A stretch of 24,000 bases of DNA from Citrobacter enshiensis (GTDB taxonomy: Bacteria > Pseudomonadota > Gammaproteobacteria > Enterobacterales > Enterobacteriaceae), in contig NZ_CP119862.1 in the NCBI RefSeq assembly GCF_029338175.1, positions 3,728,839-3,752,838 of the forward strand, read 5' to 3'. The position numbers and the translations under genes are program-made. Positions 18,943 to 24,000 of this stretch are shown here, in pieces; within the stretch, counting starts at the first letter, position 1, and every line of letters starts with the position of its first letter. The notes under the pieces are model-generated. The model was not told the origin of the DNA, ran no database searches, and saw nothing but the letters and a program-made list of their open reading frames with translations.

Positions 18943-20331
18943 ATGGAACAGGTAGAACCCGGTAACGACAAATTACTCCTTACAGAATGGCAGACGTTGC
19001 TACACCAAACCTCCCCTGAGGTTCACGAGATTTTGACCTCGTTAACCGACGAGGAGATCCGTCATCTGGTTACCGTCTTTTATGACTATATGCTTTCACA
19101 CGCCGAGAGCGCGCTGTTCCTCAATACCGAGCAGGTGGCAACCCGACTCAGCCACAGCATGTTTCACTGGTTACGCAGCGTGCTGGGTAGCGCGCACGAA
19201 GATCTCCACCAACTGCTGGCCAAACAGCGCGATATTGGTGTCGTTCATGCCCGTATTGGCCTGCCGATAGATCTGGTCGCCCGTGGCGCGCGTAGATTGA
19301 AAGATGAGCTGTATCGCCTGCTGAAGGCAAAATCCGTTTACCCGACGACCGTGCTTAGCGATGCGATTTGCTTTAGCAGTCTGGCAATGGACACGGCGAT
19401 AGAGGCAATGACCGTCTCTTACTCCCCCAATTACCAAAATTCAATGAACACGCAGGAACAGTATCGCCTGTTGACGATTTACGATGATGTCAACGTAGAG
19501 CGGGAACGCCAGATCCGCTCCCTGACGGACTGGGAAAATCAGTTTATCTACAATATCGCCACCGGCTTGCCTGTCGAAGAGCTGATCTTTCTGTCGAAAT
19601 CTGACTTTGGTATGTGGCTATCGCATAAGGGAAAACACATTCTCGGTAACGGAAAACTACTTTCCGGGATGGAGCAGCTTATTCAGCAGATCGACGGCAA
19701 CCTGACTCAGGTATTACTGAATGGCCAACAGCCTTCAGCAGAAGAACGGATGAGTTTGTTACAGGATATTCGCCAGTTATCTGCGCAAATCCACTTCCTC
19801 CTGTCCTCCATGTTTGAAGAGCTGGTGAAACAAGAGAACGGCAAAGATTCGCTGACGCAGTTGCTTAACCGCCGCTTTATTCCCACCATTATGCGCCGTG
19901 AAATTTCCCTTGCACTGCATTCGCGTAAACCGTTCGTTTTGGCCATGCTCGACATTGATTATTTCAAACAGATCAACGATCGCTATGGGCATAATGCCGG
20001 AGACACCACGCTAAAAAATGTCGCCGCGGTCATTTATGAACATATCCGCAGCAGCGATTACGTTTTCCGCTACGGCGGCGAAGAGTTTATGGTACTGCTT
20101 GTCGAATCCGAGGTGTCGCAGGCGAGCATCATTCTGGAAACGCTGCGGACAAAAATTGCCGCTTTACGTATTTCAGCATCACCGGTTGAAACCTTCTCGG
20201 TCACCACCAGCATTGGCATCGCCGAGTACGATTATCACCCGGACTACAAACAACTGATTGAGAAAGCGGACCAGGCGCTTTATCTCGCCAAAAGCAACGG
20301 ACGAAATCGCGTGGAAATTTATCGTCGCTAG
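18943..20331 (+). CDS. Globin-coupled-sensor diguanylate cyclase, DosC(YddV)-like (462 aa)
   Basis: ORF track 18919..20331. ATG 18943 gives a length close to E. coli DosC (460 aa). The N-terminal sensor-globin region has FYDYM (distal Tyr equivalent) and VVHARIGLPIDLV (proximal His codon at 19246-19248). The middle segment KSDFGMWLSHKGKH parallels DosC QADFGLWFNHKGRH. The C-terminal GGDEF domain has an intact RSSD I-site and a GGEEF active site (20074-20088). Confidence 0.85.
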   Translation: MEQVEPGNDKLLLTEWQTLLHQTSPEVHEILTSLTDEEIRHLVTVFYDYMLSHAESALFLNTEQVATRLSHSMFHWLRSVLGSAHEDLHQLLAKQRDIGVVHARIGLPIDLVARGARRLKDELYRLLKAKSVYPTTVLSDAICFSSLAMDTAIEAMTVSYSPNYQNSMNTQEQYRLLTIYDDVNVERERQIRSLTDWENQFIYNIATGLPVEELIFLSKSDFGMWLSHKGKHILGNGKLLSGMEQLIQQIDGNLTQVLLNGQQPSAEERMSLLQDIRQLSAQIHFLLSSMFEELVKQENGKDSLTQLLNRRFIPTIMRREISLALHSRKPFVLAMLDIDYFKQINDRYGHNAGDTTLKNVAAVIYEHIRSSDYVFRYGGEEFMVLLVESEVSQASIILETLRTKIAALRISASPVETFSVTTSIGIAEYDYHPDYKQLIEKADQALYLAKSNGRNRVEIYRR

Positions 20332-20336
20332 CCCCT

Positions 20337-21953
20337 TTACACCTCTGACTTTTCGGGTGGCATTGCGGGTGATGCGTACCAATTTTCCTTTGCCACCATC
20401 ACCGCCCCTTTCGGTTGCATAACAAAGTTCGGCGACATAATTTGCACATTAAATTCGTTGAAAACGTCCTGAATATTGCTATGCAACGCATCGCGGGCGG
20501 TCGCCAGCGACGTATCGGGCTGCAGACGAACCTGTAGCTCATAAGCGATATACCAGTCCATCAGGCTGAGCTGGCGCACCAACGGCGGCTGCGTATGATC
20601 GATGCCCTGGGCGCGATTGGCCGCCAGTTCAAGCATGGCATGCACCTGACGCCAGGGGGTGTCATAACCGATAGTGACGCCCACGGTTAAGTTGACGCCG
20701 CCGTCCGGATTTTGCGCGCTGAGATTGGTAATTTTGCCACTGACTACCACCGCATTGGGAACCGTCACGACGTAATTTTCCCGGGTAATAATCTTGGTAG
20801 CCAGCATACCGATTTCACTCACCAGCCCTTCATTATCGGCAATACGGATAACGTCACCTTTGCGCAGCGCGCGTGAATAGATGAGTACCAGCCCGCTCAT
20901 GGCGTGATTCATCACCCCCGCAGAGCCGAGTGTGAGCATTAAACCGAAAAAGACGCTAATGCCTTTAAACGCCAGTGAATTCGCGCCAGGAAGAAAAGGA
21001 TACGCCGCCGAGAGCGCAAACAACCACACCACAACAGATATCAATTTTCGGGTCGCGCCGACCGTTTCAGGGTGAATGCCAGGCAGCGTCAATCGCCCGG
21101 CCTCCACCTGATTCAGAATCACTTTGAGCAATTTTAAAATAAGCGCGGTGATGGCAAAGATGAGCAGGACAATCATTAACCCCGGTAATGCGGAGACAAT
21201 CGACAGCGCGATTTCCCTGACCACACGCACTGACCAGTCGCCCAGCGATTCCCCCCACACACGGGTCCATGGGAACAGACTGAATATCCAGCTTAGCCAG
21301 ACATAGAACGCCATAATACCGAGCAAAATCATCAACAATGCATACAATCGGGTTTCAATCGCACCGACGAAACGCCGCCAGTTTTGCGGGACCCAACTGC
21401 GGTTTTCGAAAATTTTACGTCGATAATGACGACGTACCCACCGCCAGGAGCGGTAAGCGCCATACCAGAACAGCGTGAGTCCCAGTAAGCCTGCGGCGGT
21501 TTTCACGGCGGCGAGGGCAAGCCAGCCGCGGTCATACTGGTCGCGCAGCGAGGTGCGCTGGATCTCCATTCGCGCCAGTACGCGCTGCGCCGCCTGGTCG
21601 AGCGTCAGGTCATCCCCTTCATCCAGATCCCCTTCCGCCAATAGCATGACCGGCTTACCGTTCATCACGATCAGCCGCCCCTGCTGGCGATAGCGGGTAA
21701 CAGGCACGATTTTCAACGGTTCGCGCACGTCCGCCTGGGTAAAATTTCGCAATGTATTGTGGATACGTAGAACGCGTTCTTCTGGCGTGGTCAGGCCAAA
21801 CTTCGCCTGTAACATGACAATGGGCTGGTGAAAAATATAAACCGTGCGCGCACGCTCTTGTTCTGTGGGCTGCTGCCGGGGTTCCGCCGCCCGGGAAGGG
21901 AATGCCAGAATGACCATAAAACACGCCAAAATAGTGAGCAGCATCCTGTTCAT
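20337..21953 (-). CDS. MscS-family mechanosensitive ion channel with a signal peptide and a large N-terminal extension (538 aa)
   Basis: ORF track 20337..21962 (-) with a GTG start. ATG 21953 has AGGTGG 5 nt upstream. The signal peptide is MNRMLLTILACFMVILAFPSRA/AEP, followed by a soluble segment of about 130 aa and several TM helices. The conserved MscS core follows (LMLTLGSAGVMNHAMSGLVLIYSRALRKGDVIRIADNEGLVSEIGMLATKIITRENYVVTVPNAVVVSGKITNLS). Confidence 0.85.
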   Translation of the reverse strand: MNRMLLTILACFMVILAFPSRAAEPRQQPTEQERARTVYIFHQPIVMLQAKFGLTTPEERVLRIHNTLRNFTQADVREPLKIVPVTRYRQQGRLIVMNGKPVMLLAEGDLDEGDDLTLDQAAQRVLARMEIQRTSLRDQYDRGWLALAAVKTAAGLLGLTLFWYGAYRSWRWVRRHYRRKIFENRSWVPQNWRRFVGAIETRLYALLMILLGIMAFYVWLSWIFSLFPWTRVWGESLGDWSVRVVREIALSIVSALPGLMIVLLIFAITALILKLLKVILNQVEAGRLTLPGIHPETVGATRKLISVVVWLFALSAAYPFLPGANSLAFKGISVFFGLMLTLGSAGVMNHAMSGLVLIYSRALRKGDVIRIADNEGLVSEIGMLATKIITRENYVVTVPNAVVVSGKITNLSAQNPDGGVNLTVGVTIGYDTPWRQVHAMLELAANRAQGIDHTQPPLVRQLSLMDWYIAYELQVRLQPDTSLATARDALHSNIQDVFNEFNVQIMSPNFVMQPKGAVMVAKENWYASPAMPPEKSEV

Positions 21954-22369
21954 CACCACCACCTAAAATGTGCAATTATCGTTATTATTCATAGAGTCAA
22001 AAAATAGAGGTCGTTATTACTCTTTTTGAGCATAGACCAGCCTGGTGCTTTTTCATCTACCAACACGCGATCACATTTCAGCGTTGCCCGATAGTATTCC
22101 GCTCTTTTTCGATGCGATATAAACCTTATATTACGTTTACATTGCCTCCTGTTGACGCTATTCCCTTTATCGACTACCACCCCGCCCCTGACACTTTAAT
22201 CCTGATAGATTAGCCACAATGTTAAATTAAATTTATCAAATCAATTATTCATATGGATTAACTGGCTGAATGTTAACAGCGGGTTATATTTAATTGCGAG
22301 GGTTACAGAATGTAACTTTAGGGATCGTACTGATATTCACCACTAAACCTAAAAAATGTGAGAATCATA

Positions 22370-24000
22370 ATGAGACTAAAACCCATCGCCAGAGGGCTTG
22401 CTCTGGCAGGCTTGTTAACAACACTTATTGTTCCAGCCTACGCCGACACCGCCTCTAAGGATGCCACATCCGCCACTAAGCAAGCTAACGAACAACTCTA
22501 CAACCAGCTTCCGTTCTCCGACAACACTGACTTTACCGACGCCCACAAAGGTTTTATTGCTGCCCTTCCTTCCGACATTATTCATGGCGAACAGGGGAAC
22601 GTGGTCTGGAACCCACAGCAGTATGCCTTTATTAAAGAAGGGGAAAAAGCGCCTGATACGGTAAACCCAAGCCTCTGGCGTCAGGCCCAACTTATTAACA
22701 TCAGCGGCCTGTTTGAAGTCACTGAGGGTGTATACCAAATCCGCAACCTTGACCTGTCGAATATGACCATCATCGAAGGGAAAGAGGGGATTACCGTCGT
22801 CGACCCGCTGGTTTCTGCTGAAACCGCAAAAGTCGGTATGGATCTCTACTTTAAAAACCGCGGTAACAAACCGGTGGTCGCTGTTATCTACACTCACAGC
22901 CACGTTGACCACTATGGCGGCGTGCGCGGCGTGGTGGATGAAGCCGATGTGAAATCCGGTAAAGTGAAAGTGTATGCGCCTGCTGGCTTTATGGAAGCCG
23001 CCGTCGCGGAAAACATTATGGCCGGTAATGTAATGAGTCGCCGTGCCAGTTATATGTACGGCAACCTGCTGAAGCCGGATGCCAAAGGTCAGGTGGGTGC
23101 GGGGCTGGGGACGACGACCTCTGCCGGTACCGTCACCCTGATTGCGCCGACCAATATCATTGAGAAAGACGGCCAGAAGGAAGTCATTGATGGCCTGACC
23201 TATGACTTTATGCTAGCACCAGGCTCCGAAGCGCCTTCCGAAATGCTGTGGTTTATCGAAGAGAAAAAACTCATTGAATCCGCAGAAGACGTGACCCACA
23301 CCCTGCACAACACCTACTCCCTGCGCGGCGCGAAAATTCGCGAGCCGCTGCCGTGGTCAAAATACATTAACGAAGCGATTGTTCGCTGGGGCGACAAAGC
23401 TGAAATTCTGATGGCGCAGCACCACTGGCCGACGTGGGGTAACGAGAATGTCGTCAAACTGCTGAAGAGCCAGCGTGATCTCTATCGTTATATCAACGAC
23501 CAGACCTTGCGTATGGCCAACGAAGGCCTGACCCGCGATGAGATTGCCGCCAACTTTAAACTGCCTGATTCACTGGCGCATACGTGGGCTAACCGTGGTT
23601 ACTACGGTTCGGTCAGCCACGATGTGAAAGCCACCTACGTGCTCTATCTCGGCTGGTTTGACGGCAATCCGGCGACCCTGGACGAACTGCCGCCAGAAGA
23701 AGCGGCGAAGAAATTCGTCGAATACATGGGCGGCGCGGACGCCATCCTGCAAAAAGCGAAAACCGACTTTGACCAGGGTAACTACCGTTGGGTCGCCCAG
23801 GTGGTCAGTAAAGTGGTGTTCGCCGATCCGGGTAACCAGGATGCGCGTAACCTGGAAGCGGATGCGCTGGAGCAACTGGGCTATCAGGCCGAGTCCGGCC
23901 CGTGGCGTAACTTCTACCTGACCGGCGCGCAGGAACTGCGTAATGGCGTGGTGAAAGGCCCAACACCGAACACCGCCAGCCCGGATACCGTACGTGCGAT
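22370..24000 (+). CDS. Secreted alkyl/aryl-sulfatase of the SdsA1/YjcS type (MBL-fold), N-terminal 543 codons; continues beyond the right window edge
   Basis: Absent from the ORF track because there is no stop in the window. ATG 22370 opens a frame that stays open to the window end. It begins MRLKPIARGLALAGLLTTLIVPAYA/DTASKD (Sec signal peptide). It has the MBL metal motif VIYTHSHVDHYGG, then LRGAKIREPLPWSKYINEAI and MAQHHWPTWGNENVVKLLKSQRDLYRYINDQTLRMANEG, which parallel the E. coli YjcS / Pseudomonas SdsA1 family, and the start of the dimerisation domain. Confidence 0.85.
   Translation, partial: MRLKPIARGLALAGLLTTLIVPAYADTASKDATSATKQANEQLYNQLPFSDNTDFTDAHKGFIAALPSDIIHGEQGNVVWNPQQYAFIKEGEKAPDTVNPSLWRQAQLINISGLFEVTEGVYQIRNLDLSNMTIIEGKEGITVVDPLVSAETAKVGMDLYFKNRGNKPVVAVIYTHSHVDHYGGVRGVVDEADVKSGKVKVYAPAGFMEAAVAENIMAGNVMSRRASYMYGNLLKPDAKGQVGAGLGTTTSAGTVTLIAPTNIIEKDGQKEVIDGLTYDFMLAPGSEAPSEMLWFIEEKKLIESAEDVTHTLHNTYSLRGAKIREPLPWSKYINEAIVRWGDKAEILMAQHHWPTWGNENVVKLLKSQRDLYRYINDQTLRMANEGLTRDEIAANFKLPDSLAHTWANRGYYGSVSHDVKATYVLYLGWFDGNPATLDELPPEEAAKKFVEYMGGADAILQKAKTDFDQGNYRWVAQVVSKVVFADPGNQDARNLEADALEQLGYQAESGPWRNFYLTGAQELRNGVVKGPTPNTASPDTVRA

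Noticed and set aside
21989-22180. 63-aa minus-strand ORF in the MscS-sulfatase intergenic region
   Set aside because: It is highly basic with low-complexity-like composition, has no SD and no homology I recognise, and lies in A/T-rich promoter-type DNA.
22415-22912. 165-aa minus-strand ORF (the only track ORF of notable size in this area)
   Set aside because: It is antisense to the strongly supported alkyl-sulfatase frame that starts at 22370 on the plus strand.

Overview
This is an enterobacterial chromosomal segment, Escherichia/Citrobacter-like; the exact taxon cannot be fixed from the sequence alone. The core is ordinary, well-known metabolism. A complete lactose system (lacI-lacZYA, + strand, 3272-9506) lies tail to tail with a complete propionate/2-methylcitrate operon (prpBCDE, - strand, 9566-15265). 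Its divergent sigma-54 activator prpR follows (15518-17116), then yahO and yahN homologues. The flanks look more accessory. On the left are the 5' end of a two-partner-secretion transporter (TpsB) gene running off the window edge, an MBL-fold hydrolase plus GlxA-type regulator pair, and a convergent SAM methyltransferase. On the right are a DosC-like globin-coupled diguanylate cyclase with no dosP partner, a 538-aa signal-peptide-bearing MscS-family channel, and a secreted SdsA1/YjcS-type alkyl sulfatase running off the right edge. Both edge genes are missing from the supplied ORF track and were found by reading the sequence. Recognisable non-coding elements are the lac O1/O2/O3 operators, the CRP site and lac promoter, the lacZ-lacY hairpin, the prpB sigma-54 promoter with upstream palindromes, REP/BIME elements, one ERIC element inside the prp operon, and one intrinsic terminator. 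I see no CRISPR array, tRNA/rRNA, IS element, integrase or defence-island hallmark, and no convincing evidence of a new multi-gene system. The most suggestive lead is the TpsB gene, whose cargo genes would lie outside the window. Several ORF-track starts were shortened to better-supported start codons (lacI GTG 3272, lacY 7612, prpB 15265, and others).
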